Below are positions 1-12,165 of a stretch of DNA of 64,000 nt, piece by piece. Origin of the DNA: Squalus acanthias (Eukaryota). The notes below the pieces were generated by a model, which was not told where the DNA came from, did no database searches, and saw nothing but the letters and a program-made list of their open reading frames with translations. The position numbers and the translations under genes are program-made. The stretch spans positions 161,760,001 to 161,824,000 of the forward strand of contig CM059425.1 of assembly GCA_030390025.1 (NCBI GenBank). The letters are read 5' to 3'. Position 1 is the stretch's first letter. The number at the start of each line of letters is the position of its first letter.

Positions 1-400
1 ACATTTGGAATGGTGAAAGGGGAAGGGAGGGAAAGATGTGCTTGTTGGTGGCATTGCGCTGGAGGTGGCAGAAATGGTGGAGGATGATTCGTTGAAAATG
101 GAGGCTGGTGGGGTGAAAGGCGAGGACAGGGGGAACCCTATACTGGTTCTGGGAGGAAGGGGAAGGGGTGAGGGCGAAAAATGGAACGGACACGGTTGAG
201 GGCCCTGTCAAACACAGTGGAGGGCAATCCTTGGCTGAGGAAAAAGGATGACATTTTGGAAGCACTGGTGTGGAAGGTGGCAACGTCAGAACAAATGCGA
301 CAGAGAAACTGGGAGAATGGAATAGAGTCCTTACAGGAAACAGGGCAGGAGGAAGTGTAATCAAGGTGGCTGTTTGAGTCAAAGAGCTTGTAGTAGACAG
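1..400 (-). mobile_element. Penelope-like retroelement fragment (RT C-terminal region), decayed, cut by window edge
   Basis: Colinear with 54140-54540 and with the reverse complement of ~18730-19135. Confidence 0.8.
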
Positions 401-1129
401 TTGAAGATGGAAAAGTGGACTGAGTAGTTTGGTGTAGTCCATTCTATTTATGTATAGTAATAGTTAGAACTATTCTTTTCAGCTTCTAGTAGCAATATGT
501 AAGATAATTTGTCCTCATATGCAAATGTAGCCTAATGACACAATTGACATTTATCCTCATTGCTTATCTTGGTTCTTTTTTTCAAATTGGATATCTCTTC
601 TGCACATCCCTTCAAGTTCAATGGGTGGTGGTGATCACACTCACTTCCTACTTGATTGTCTCCCTTGCCTGCTGGACCATCTGCTCAGTGATAGTTTGTG
701 CATCAAGCTTGTAGAGGACATTTCGCCATTCATGACGTCCACAATAATTTGAAGAGTCTCATCAGTAATGTGAGCTATTCGATATCTTATTCCTTCCATC
801 AGTACTCCAACTTGCACACACTTTAGCTGAATTGACACAATTAGCATTTCGAAGCTAACAGGTGGTTCAGAAACTTTATTGCAGTTTTTCTGACTGGCTA
901 CTAAGTTGTGCATTGGTTGTAATGTAGTAAGTACTATGAATGTGCTAAAAAAAATAATAAAAATAACTCTCACTTAATGGACAATCAATGAGCTAACAGT
1001 AAATTAATGCCTAATTGGAGAACCAACACATTCTAGGAACGTTGGAGAGAGAATGATACTGCTAGCCCATGATACTGTGTGAGGTAATATAATCAGAACC
1101 AGATTGTTTTCATAATATATAACATTAAT

Positions 1130-1837
1130 GGCCCAGATATTCCGATCCCTACATCGGAAATGCCGGTTTCAGGCATGCACAGCGCATGCGCTGAAAACCG
1201 GCATTTCTGATCTGTCAAGAATGGTCTTGACAGATCCTCCGGCTGCCCTGGAGAAGGGCCTCTGCGGGCGGATAGTTCTGCTTTTTGGAGATCCTCCGTC
1301 CGCAGAAAACCCTTGCAATTCTTATGCCTGGTAAAAGCAGGCCTAAGGATAAGAGTTGAAAAAAAGTTAAAAAAAAAATGTTTTCACTGATTTATCATTT
1401 AAAAATACTTTAAAAAAGGTAAGTTTATTTTTAGCCCCGTAAAAAACGTTAATTATTTTTTTCAAAAAATTAAATTTTTGTTTAAAATACTTCATTTATT
1501 GTAATTTCAAGTCATTTTAAAAATATGATTATTTTTTCAATTTATTTAAAGTTTTACTATGTTTTTGGAGTGATCTCCATTCATGTATTTGACAGGTCTT
1601 CCTGTCAAGTGCATGAAGGAAGATTCCCTTCTTTGATTGGCTCCCCATGGCCCACGTGATCCTGGGGACGCTGCGAACTACATGCGCCTCTGGGATACGT
1701 GGGCCCTGCGCACTTGGAGTTTGGAGAGGCCCAGGAGTGGAAGCGTGTGCGTCCCGGGAGCCCTCAGGTAAGGGCGTAGATTTTTCCAGATCGCAGGCCT
1801 CCGCCCGTGGGAGGCCTGCGATCAGAAAATACGGGCC
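1130..1837. mobile_element. Non-autonomous DNA transposon (MITE), probably Harbinger-type
   Basis: Imperfect 18-bp TIRs GGCCCAGATATTCCGATC / GATCAGAAAATACGGGCC; flanks AAT/ATT; no coding capacity. Confidence 0.55.
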
Positions 1838-2355
1838 ATTGAGTGGGGTGTGCTTACATTCACCCATGCAGGAAAATAAAATCTGCATTGACGCTCTCAT
1901 ATACGTGTTTGCCATTTTTCCCAATTACTAGCCTACATAAACAAAATTAAAACCTACTTAATCAAAAAAGAATACTCCATATAAGTACTAAACAATATTG
2001 AAGGATACACTTTCAAATATATTAAAGTAGTACTTGACTGTAATGAAAGAAAATTTGCAGGTTCTCGAAGTTGTGTTATAATTGCTTCTGTAGCACCACA
2101 TCCAAATTATATCCCTCAAAATAGCCATTAGATGGCACACCATGGACTTGCAGTCATTTCCCATGCCTCCAGTTGACAGGTTGGAAATTATAAGACAATG
2201 CACACACATTTGAGTTACTGAGAATGGGCAAGTTTTTCAAGGGCTAAGGATGGTTCGTTGAATCCTTCAGTTATCTGATATAATCCAGAAGGCTGTCCAT
2301 TACCACTGTCCATTTTTCAGTTGCTGCATTTATAACGTAATTTAAAAAAATTACT

Positions 2356-3107
2356 TCCCCGTAATTTGCGGTCACCAGTGAAGCAAAGGTGTTTGCCGCT
2401 GGCCCTGAAATAAGCTTCCCACAAAGTTCTTGGCGAGAAGTTCGGCTTTTCCGACGCGTATTTGAAATCAACACAAATTAATGGGGAATCCCTAACGCGA
2501 GCTGCTGTGACGTCAACAAGCTGTCTCAGCAGCCAATCACAATGCAGAATTCTCAGATAGCAAACCAGGGAGTGAGTAAGCACCTTTTGTTCTAACTTTT
2601 TAAAAATGTTAGAGAGAGCAAAACAAAGATTGGGGCTCTCGCATGGGGAAAAGGAAAACCTGAAATAAAGATGAACAAACTTTTAAAGTTTCTTAAAAAT
2701 GTTAATTTTTATTAAAATGGATAAATTTGACACTCCACAAAATTTAAATTAGTTCTTCAGGGCCATAACCTTTGCTTAGCAATCAATACACTGTTAAAAC
2801 ACCAGTTACGCCTAATCCAAAAAGGGTCTAACTTTTAATGGGGTATTTAACAGTAGTATTCCCGCGGAAGAGCCGAAGTTTTCGGCAGTTTCCATGATTT
2901 GACAGATTACACTGATAGTCGGCTCTGTGGGGGTGGTGGTGAGGGGCCACAGCAGCCAGTGTTGGAGCAGTGAATGACAGACCGCAACTTCAGGATTTCT
3001 GTGTTAGGCTGCGCATGTGCTAAATCCTGAAGTTACGGTCAGTTTCAAAGGCGAATTGACGGCGAAGGCTGCCAGTTCGCCGTCATCAGGACCGCAAGTT
3101 TTGGGCT
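2356..3107 (+). mobile_element. MITE family A, copy 1
   Basis: Colinear with 20507-21312 and 7250-7962; degenerate TIRs. Confidence 0.7.
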
Positions 3108-5323
3108 GCTGTGATTTCTTTCAGCACACTTTCTTTTAGCACCATATGGTGTGCAAATTCTGAACATGATATCATTTTATAGTGTGTTTTGGACTTGTTC
3201 AGTAGTTTCATCGACCAGTTTAGAAAATACAGTATATTGCCAGTATTTTCTGAACAGGTTGTACTGCCTGCACCTATGATTAAATTAGGAATGGTGTGTC
3301 TTTAGAGAGAAGTATTTTATCAGCAAAGTGTAAATAGGCTGATATGTTACCTAAGGTATTTAAGTAGTGAATGGGTCATTTAAGTAGAAATTCTGCAGTA
3401 CTATTCCCCTTGGACAATATTTTTTAAGCTGCCTTTTCCCAAGCCATTTATGTAACCTGCTGCAGTCATGCCCAACTATGGTCGATGAGTTCATTTTTTG
3501 GAAAAATACTCATTTGTGACTCGTCTATGGACTTTTGGGACCCATTAGTGATCAAGTTATTCCCATTTAAAGTATTCAACTCAAGCATTGATGACTGCGG
3601 ACAAAAACAATTTTAGAAAATATTCAGTGATGAATACTGCACAACAGTTTCAGCATTATTGAAAAACTACTGCTTCTCCATAATAAGGACAGCCAAGCAC
3701 CTACTCTGAAAATACTCAGGCCTAGAAATCCGATAACGCGGGAAAATGGGCAGTGCCACCACGGGGCGAGGTTAACTCACGCCTGTACAAAGAGCGCAGG
3801 CAGCACTGTTATTTTGGTGCTGCCTGCTGATTTAAATGATTGGAGCGCACAACCTACCATGCAACGAGCTGTTTCAGGCGTTGCGCTAAACAAGAGACCC
3901 AATGTACCATGGCCGTAGCGTCCCTGGAGCGAGGCAGCATTTTCTTAAAGCAAGGTTGTCATTTTAGAAAGCAGTCTCGAGTCCTTAAAGGAAAACTGCC
4001 TTCTAAAATGATAAAAATAAAAACCATTTAAAAATAGGCAGTCTTTTGCACATAAAAAAATGGTAAAAGTGCTTCAGCACTAACACAAATGGCTCAACAA
4101 GCCAGGTAGTGGACACCCAGGGTCTTGCATGCAGCACTCCAGCTTTGTGCAGAGGGTGAACACTGGAAGAGTGGTCCTCTACCCACAGGGGGCCAGGAGG
4201 CCCTCCAGAAAAAAGGACGTGGGACCAGATCGCCGAGCCGGTCACTGCCAGCAATGTCGCCCCCAGGACCTGGCTTCAGTGCCCAAAGATGCATCATGAC
4301 CTCAGACCAGTGGTTAAGGTCAGTGAATGCATCTTCAAAAGCCATCTCCTACCAATTGCAGCAATAGCCTCACACACTGCTCAATGCACGACCCCCAATC
4401 ACTCACCTTTCAACAATTTGTACCAAACAAAAGGCACACGTCACATTCCTAGCTTCACCAGGAGACGGTGCTGGCCATTCTTGGCAGGGGCATGGCTGAG
4501 CCCTTGGCCAGCAGTGGGCCTGAAAGAATACAAGATGCCGGTATCCTCATATGTTATCCTCCTTCTCACATCCCACTTCCCCATATCTCACAATCTCTTC
4601 TGATGTACAAGCTGCACAGGGTGTAAGCATGCACCTTTTGCTTTCCTGCCCTCCCCTCACCACAACCCTACCTTTGTGCCTTGCTCATTTCAGACACCCA
4701 AGAAATGCAGCCTGCCCAGCCAGTGGTTGACCAAGAAGAGGGAGAGAAGATTGAAGAAGAAGAAACAGCATCACTCGATTTCACACTCCCAGCCACCAGC
4801 TCCTCGAGGGTGTCCTGCAAGGCCATCTTCAGTGTCCCCCCACGGAAAGTCAGCAGCCTTCCACCAGCCATGCTGCAGCCACTGGGGTAGCACGGCATGA
4901 CATCAGTAGGATAGGCAAAGGCACATGCAAGACAGTCACTAAGGAAATGCACAAGGGTGATTAATTGATTTCTTGATGTCATATTGGATGCATAGATGAA
5001 TAAAGTTGGATTGGAAAGTTTGCTTTGTGGTGGCTTTTATTTCAGCATTGTGGCCAAGAGGACGCTGTGATGGTCAGCAACAGAGGGAAGATAAGGTGGG
5101 ACTAATGTTGAAAGGGGAATTGAGGTTGTTGACACTGGTACCGCAGGAAGATGATTCCATCCCAGATATCCCAGCCAGAAAGGGGCTGTTTGGGTTGTAC
5201 CCTTCCTTCCACTTCCTTCTCTTCTGCGTCTTCCTCTTCTGCTTCTTCCTCTTCCCTCTGCGAGCAACTTGTTCCCTTTACTGCCTCTGCTTCATCTCCA
5301 TTTGCCCCCCAGGACTATGGGCA

Positions 5324-6128
5324 TAATGTAGGGAAATGTGAGGTTATTCACTATGGTAGGGAGAATAGAAAAACAGAATATTTTTTAAATGGTGAGAAAC
5401 TTTCAAATCTTGGTCTTCAGAGAGATTTGGGTGTTCTCGTGCAAGAAACACAGAAAGCTAGCATGCAGGCAATAAGGAAGGCAAATGGCATGTTGGCCTT
5501 TATTGCAAGGGGGTTGGAGTATAAGAGTAAGGAAGTTTTGCTACAATTGTACAGGGCCTTGGTGAGACCACACCTGGAGTACTGTGCACAGTTTTGGTCT
5601 CCTTATCTAAGGAAGGATATACTTGCCTTGGAGGCGGTGCAACAAAGGTTCACTAGATTGATTCCTGGGATGAGAGGGCTGTCCTATGATGAGAGATTGT
5701 GTAGAATGGGCCTATACTCTCTGGACTTTAGAAGAATGAGAGGTCATCTCATTGAAACACACAAGATTCTGAAGGGGATTGATAGGGTAGATGCTGAGAG
5801 GCTGCTTCCCCTGGCTGGAGTGTCTAGAACGAGGGGGCATAGTCTCAGGATAAGTGGTAGGCTATTTAAGACTGAGATGAGGAGGCATTTCTTCACTCAG
5901 AGGGTTGTGAATCTTTGGAATTCTCTGCCCCAGAGGGCTGTGCATGCTGCGTCTTTGAGTATATTCAAGGCTGAGATAGTTAGATTTTTGGACTCTGGGG
6001 GAAGCAAGGGATATGGAGATCGGGCGGGAAAGTGGAGTTGAGGTCGATGATCAGCCATGATCTTATTGAATGGCGGAGCAGGCTTGAGGGGCCATATGGC
6101 CAACTCCTGCTCTTATTTCTTATGTTCT
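5324..6128 (+). mobile_element. CR1 LINE 3' fragment (RT C-terminus and 3' UTR), 5'-truncated
   Basis: Translates KCEVIHYG..LYRALVRPHLEYCAQFWSP..FFTQRVVNLWNSLP; TTCTTATG tail; candidate TSD TATGGGCA/TATGAGCA. Confidence 0.92.
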
Positions 6129-6153
6129 TATGAGCAAGTGGTCTTCTCAGAGG

Positions 6154-6302
6154 CAAAATACTGTGGATGCTGGAAATCTGAAATAAAAGCAGAAAATGCT
6201 GGAAATACTCAGCAGGTCAGGCAGCATCTCGACCTGAAATGTTAACTCTGTTTCTTTCTCCACCGGTGTTGCCTGACCTGCTGAGTATTTCTAGCATTTT
6301 CT
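6154..6302. mobile_element. Penelope pLTR-only inverted (hairpin) insertion
   Basis: Two opposed copies of the Penelope 3' terminal sequence; 13-bp TSD GTCTTCTCAGAGG at 6141-6153 and 6303-6315. Confidence 0.85.
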
Positions 6303-7249
6303 GTCTTCTCAGAGGTCTTCGCTTACCATCCAATGCCTTGCAAGCAGCACTTCTTGCACACTTTAACAACCTTTTAAATGACCAAAAGCTAAAATCCAAA
6401 CTTACCTGAAAGATGTGTGTGTCCCTTTAAGAAGCGCTGACAGCATCTCTGCAAAGGCTGCTTCACGCATGTTTTTCAGTGCGTACTTAGGACAGGGTGT
6501 TATGGCAAGCGAGAACGTCCAAAATAGCAGTCATGGCATCAAATCAGACATCACGAGCTGCTCATTTAAATTTGAGAGGCCAGCCCTGGCAATGGCAGTG
6601 CTATGGCCCTCACCAAAATGGCAGCCGCCATGTCCCTAGTTGGAAGTGGGCAGAAGCGAGGCGGCCACCATTTTTTCAACAAAACTGGTCTTAACGGCCA
6701 GCGCTACAATGGGGAATTGCTAGGCCTAAGTTTTTATTCCACATATCAGAAAGAAAGTAGTTAAACAGAATCTCAGGATGATACTTTGTATATTCTTGGT
6801 ATAGTGTAATGAATTATTAGTAGGGAAATTTCTAACATGACTATAATTAGCTACGGCCCTCACCAAAATGGTTATTTAGTTGCTCAAAATATCGTTCTAT
6901 CATTGGGATACAGGACAAATTGAGTAAATAATTTATTTGCATAATCAAAATGAAAAAAACTGTTTTATGAAACAAAAACTGAATAAAACCTACATTTTAC
7001 AACATTTTTACCAGGTAATTTGTGACACAAAGGGTTCCATTTACTTTAGACGGTTTTAGTTGACAAATTCTTGGAAAAAGTCATTTAGCTTAAAGGAACA
7101 TAATGTTCTGTATACTCTTGAAAAGTTGCTGATAGTCTTCCAGAGCAGTAATACTAATGTCCATTGTCCTCTACTGAAGAGACTGTATATCAGAAGCTAC
7201 AGTTTGGTTTGATTAGGACTTGATATCTTTTCTTGCTGGTATACATAAG

Positions 7250-7962
7250 GGCCCAGAATTTGCGGTCAGCAGTGAAGCGACGTCGCTCATCGCTGACCTT
7301 GAAGAATGCCGACCACAAAGATCTAGCAATGTTTGAAAATGGCACCAAATCAAGCGAATATCCAGCGTCCAGCAACAGTGAAGTCATCGAGCTGGCTAAG
7401 CAGCTAATCACATTGACGAATTCTCAGACAAAAAACCAGGAAGTAATATGTACAGATTCTAATTTACTTTTTATAAATTTTACAGAGAGCGAAATAAAGA
7501 TTGGGACATGCACGTAGGATTAAGGTAGAAGCTGAAATATCATAAACAAACTTAAATTAAAAAAAACATGCAATTCTTCATTATATTAATGGAAAAATTT
7601 GACATTCCACAAATATAAAATGAGTTTTTAGTGCCAGAGCGATTGTTCAGCAATCAATACGTCGTTAAAAACCCAGTTACACCTCTTTCAAAAGCTTTTT
7701 CAAATAGGCTTAATTTTTTGTGGTCGGGGGCGGGGGGTTGCTTTAACAGCAATATTCCAGTGTAATAGGGGAAGTTTTCGTCCTTATATGTGATTTCAAT
7801 TGATTGCCTGCTCTGGGGAGTTCCACAGCGCAACCTGTAGCGGAGCAGTGAATGACTGACCGCAACTTCAGGATTTCCGTGTTTAGCTGCGCATGCGCTA
7901 AATCCTGAAGTTGCTGTCACTTTCAGAGGGGAAATGACGGCGAACGCTGCAAAATCTGGGCC
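7250..7962 (+). mobile_element. MITE family A, copy 2
   Basis: TIRs GGCCCAGAATTTGC / GCAAAATCTGGGCC; homologous to 2356-3107 and 20507-21312. Confidence 0.75.
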
Positions 7963-8098
7963 AATATTCTTAGTTAATTTGGTGGTGTGATTCCCAAACT
8001 TAACAATAACAAGCACATTGGGAGTTCCCCTGATCGCTTCATCAGTATGCTTGCTGCCCAATGTAGCATTAAGCTGTGCAGATGAAAAACTTCCAGAC

Positions 8099-9330
8099 TC
8101 CATGGATAGCAAACTGGCTACAAAACAGAAAACAGAGAGTAGGGGTTAGGGGTAGTTACTCAGACTGGCAGAAGGCGGGAAGTGGTGTTCCACAAGGATC
8201 GGTGCTGGGACCACTGTTGTTCACCATTTACAGAAATGATTTGGACTTGATAATTGGAAGTACAATTGCAAAATTTGCGGACGCAACCAAATTGTGGGGT
8301 ATAGTTAATAGGGAGGACTGCAGTAAAATACAAGAAGGCATTAATAAACTTGGAATGGGCATGTAATTGGCAAATTAATTTCAATATAGGTAAGTGTGAG
8401 GTGGTACATTTTCGTAGGAAGAATAAGGAGGCCACATACTCCTTGGAAAATAAGGGGGAAAAATTCCCCTCAAGCCTGTTTGGGATGCTATATCAGAAAA
8501 GCTGGAAAAGTTAGTGCCAGGCGCTAACCTCTTTCAGCCTCTGTGAAATTCCCATTTTGTGCTCCAAGAGGGAAGTGGAGCGCTAAATCAAGCGCTCCAC
8601 TTCCTTCTTGGAGCACAAGAGGAGGGGAAGTTCATGACCCGGGGCGCACCCGGGGTGGTGTGCTCAGCAGCGCCACGAGCGGCCAAGCTTGGTGCTGCTG
8701 CGTTGCAGGGACTCTTCCCTGAATTAAAGGGAAGGGCCCCACACTGCGAACTCCGCAGTTTTTTTTAAACTTACCTGGACCACCGGGGAGCGGGGGTGCC
8801 GCGCGATCAGCCCGGCACTCAAGCTGAGTGCTGGGCTGACCGATCGTGGCATGGACCCCGCGTCCGGAGGTGCAAAAAAAAAAGTTTTTTAAAAATCAGA
8901 CTTTTTTTCAGGGCGGCCGGCCACCTCACCTTTAACTTCCGCCCCACTAGCGGCCGGCTGCTCTGCTCGCGTCCCCTGCAGCAGCCGTTGCCATCGCCCG
9001 GTGCTGCTGCAGGGGGCGAAGGGGAAATTTTGTGCCGGGCTGCTACTGGGGCGATGCGCCCGGAAATGATATCACAATCTCCAGGCACATGAGATCGGGG
9101 CGCAACTTGGTTGCGCCGCCACTAATCTCCCACGGAATTTGGCGGGAGGCCGGGCGAAAAGGCCTTTGCGCCCCATTAGCGCCCCCCACAGGAGACGCAA
9201 AGGAGGGGAATAAGTGTCTAAATAGGGTAGAGGAGCAAAGGGATCTAGGGGTACAGATACACAAATCATTAAAAGTTGTGACACAGGTTAATAAGGCCTG
9301 TTTCTGTGCTGTACATGCTGTGCAATTCTA
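8099..9330 (+). mobile_element. CR1 LINE RT fragment interrupted by a Harbinger-derived insert
   Basis: WIANWLQNRKQRV..SGVPQGSVLGPLLF..KFADATKL at 8099-8453; CR1 frame resumes at ~9211 (CLNRVEEQRDLGVQIHKSLKV). Confidence 0.85.
8454..9210 (+). mobile_element. Non-autonomous Harbinger derivative (right TIR lost)
   Basis: Starts GGGGGAAAAATT after TAA; shares GGAGCGCTAAATCA and TTTGCGCCCCATTAGCGCCC subterminal motifs with 37169-41311. Confidence 0.7.
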
Positions 9331-10863
9331 TGTAATTCACGTTCTGCGCTATTAGTTGCTCACAGCTGGGCTAGCAAGTAAAGTTGTATCATTGATCTCA
9401 GTTCCGCTGGGAACTGAGGGGAAAAAAATCTGCCAAGGTTCTCTTCGTAAAACCCGGCAGTTACAGCAAGGCGGGGACTGCTGCTTCCAGGAGGTAAGTG
9501 ACTTTACACCTACCTCCTGGATCCAGGGTCTCTACCTAACCCACCCCTCGTGATCCGAGAACCCCGCCCCCCCCAACGAGACCTCCGATCGCCTTCCCGA
9601 ACCCCCCCACCCCCACCCCAATCGATGATCTTGAGGCCGGCCCCGATGTGATCTTCCTTCGCCCCCCGCCATCAATGATCTTAAGGCTGGCCACAATCCT
9701 CTGGTTGACGCCCACCTCGTCCCACGCCGGCCTCGATCTTCCTTCTCCCCCACTCCCTTCCCGGTCCTAAGCCAGCCTCGATCTCTCTCCCCAACCCGCC
9801 ATCCCCATGAAAATCCAGCTCACATTGCCTGTGGTGTTCCATGACAAATGGCCACTTGAGCATGGTGGGGAGGACTACTGGTGTCCATGGAGCTCTAGCC
9901 CAGCAAGATTTGGCACCTCCAAAAGAGGAGGGTCAAAAATGAAAGAAAACAGAAAGAAAAACCAGCTCAATAATCACACTAATGAAATAACATTTTGCTC
10001 AGTTATAAAAAAACATTGAGGATAATTTTACATAACAAACAAAAATTAAATCAAAATCTGTGTATATTCTTCCTAATTGATAGTGATGGAAAGTTTTTAC
10101 ATTCAGTGTTTTATATTCGTATTCCTAGATTAGGAAAAATTTATAGAACTATTTAACTTGCCAAGATATGGTTTGGATGCCTTTTCATTGAACAAGTAAC
10201 AAAACAAAGTTACTTGTTAATGATTTATTCAGGGCATTGCACAGTGGCCAGGATTTTCTGCTTTGGCAGAATACCCTCGCTACTTCATCCGCTCTAACGA
10301 CACACCCCGGACCTCAGCTAATTTTCTGGGGTCAGGGTAATTTAAATATTGTCAGCATGTTCCTGATGGGAAATCCTCCTCTGTTGTGGAGCCTGCCTGG
10401 GGAGGAGGAAAATGGCTGTGGCAGGCTGCCGATGCCTTCTACAGTGTAATGTATCCAGCGGCCTCCATGGCTCCCAGATCCCTTTTTTAAAAATTGAACT
10501 GCCATTGCCAGAGAGCAAATGATGGGACATACATCATATTCTTATTAATTGTGTCTAATTGGAATATGCCTGCTCCTATTTGGATATATTCTACGTCCCC
10601 ATTACTTCCAGCAGAAAATTCCAGAAATGGCAGGGTAGGACTATAGATCTTAGACCACAGTAGGAACACAATCTTCTGCAGTAAAAATTTTAAAGGACAA
10701 AGTTAAAGGAGCAAGTTTAAAAAAAAAGAAGTTGTTATCCCTGCTGGAGATAATATTAAAATATTTTAATGGGTCACAAATTTAATAAACTTTTCTGTGC
10801 ATGTGCATTGCTGGTACCATGTAAATGTTGTGACGTTAGGTCATCACTGTGAGAAGGAACTTA

Positions 10864-12165
10864 GGCCGCGAATTTCCCAGCGGAGGCGAGATGGTGGCGG
10901 GAGAGCTGGTTTCCGGGTTCCAGTCACGATCCTGGCTGCAGCCGCTCTGTCAAAGGGATTTTCCCTTGATTGGCCTTGTTAAACCCGTCCTTTTGGCTTC
11001 CCGGCCAATTAACAGGAAGCGGGTCTGATGACGTCATTTGATGACGCGTCATCAGCCGGTTTCCTTAAAGGGACTACGGCCACATTGGGCTGGATTTTCT
11101 CAATGGAGATGTGCTGGAGGCGGGACTTCTGGTTTCCGGGTTTCAGTCCTGCCCCCAGTGATGTCTGACCAACCCATGCTATTTTCCCTTGATTCGCCTT
11201 GTTAAGCCCGTCCTGCGGGCTTGCCGGCCAATTAGGGAAAAGCCGGTGACAGATGACGTCAGCGTATGACGCTTCATCTGTCAAAAAATTTTTGACAGAT
11301 AAATTGTCAGCGTTTGACAGCTTTGAGAAGCTGTCAAACACTGACAATCTCTGTTCTAAGGTGAACCCTTGCACAGAAGGCTCACTAAGACCTCTCTCCT
11401 CAGCAGAAAGCAGATGGCTGCTGCATCTGAGAATGCAGCAGCCATTCTGTCATCTCTGCCATTGAGATGAGGCACCTCCGGATCCTCAAAGGTTGAAGTC
11501 TGCAGGAAGAAGCAAAGGTAAGGAAACTTTTTCCAACACTTTACACTCACCTCTCATACTCACCTGTCCACACTTGCACCCATCACACACCTCTACAGCT
11601 GACATTTCGACCCCTCTCACCCTCGCAGACCCACTGCTCACCTTGTTGACCCTGGCGAGGTTCGCAGCCATCGGGAAGCCCGCAATTGCAGGCGTAAAAT
11701 GGGGAAAAGCCTCAAAACTGCCTGTTAACTACCTGTTAACAGGCAGTTAATTGGCTCTAATCCCCTTCCCGCCTCGAGGAGACGGGTCCCTGCGCGACTC
11801 GGGGACCCGCCTCCCGGGAAAATGGCACGGAGGCAGGTTGGGAGTGGGGTCGGTACCCGCTCCCAGTTTCTGCCATTTTCCCGGCAGTTCTGCCTCCATA
11901 CCTGCCTCCCCAGGGCTGGGAAAATTCCCCCCATTGAGTTTGACAGTTGTTCTGTCAGTGTTTGACAGCATTGAGGTGCTGCAAACACTGACAAGCACTG
12001 CACAAAGGTGGACGCTTGCACCCAGGCTCTCAAATGACTCCCTCCATATGCTTATGGAGGGAGTCACAGCACGCAGGGAGGTTCTCTTCCCTTCCAAGGG
12101 CGGAAGAGACCTTCCCAGGATACCAACGCAGCCTGGTTGCACATTGCATAGGAGGGCATATCACT
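10864..12165 (+). mobile_element. Truncated non-autonomous Harbinger (family B) with Myb/SANT exon remnant
   Basis: Colinear with 41748-42190; remnant APRLSNDSLHMLMEGVTARREVLFPS. Confidence 0.75.
11087..11932. mobile_element. MITE nested in the family B element
   Basis: TIRs GGGCTGGATTTTC / GAAAATTCCCCCC; ATT TSD; uninterrupted homologous site at ~41965. Confidence 0.8.

Larger units (their letters stand above)
3719..6726 (+). mobile_element. Internally deleted, decayed Harbinger element (related to 45589-49579) hosting a CR1 and a Penelope hairpin insert
   Basis: TIRs GGCCTAGAAATCC / GGAATTGCTAGGCC, flanks TCA/TAA; Myb exon 1/intron remnant ~4130-4400 resembles reverse complement of 48950-49250; acidic-tract remnant of transposase 3' end ~5200-5300. 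Confidence 0.65.

Noticed and set aside
5151..6041. 296-aa ORF looking like a Ser-rich/RT fusion
   Set aside because: Chance read-through from the antisense of a Harbinger acidic-tract remnant into a 5'-truncated CR1
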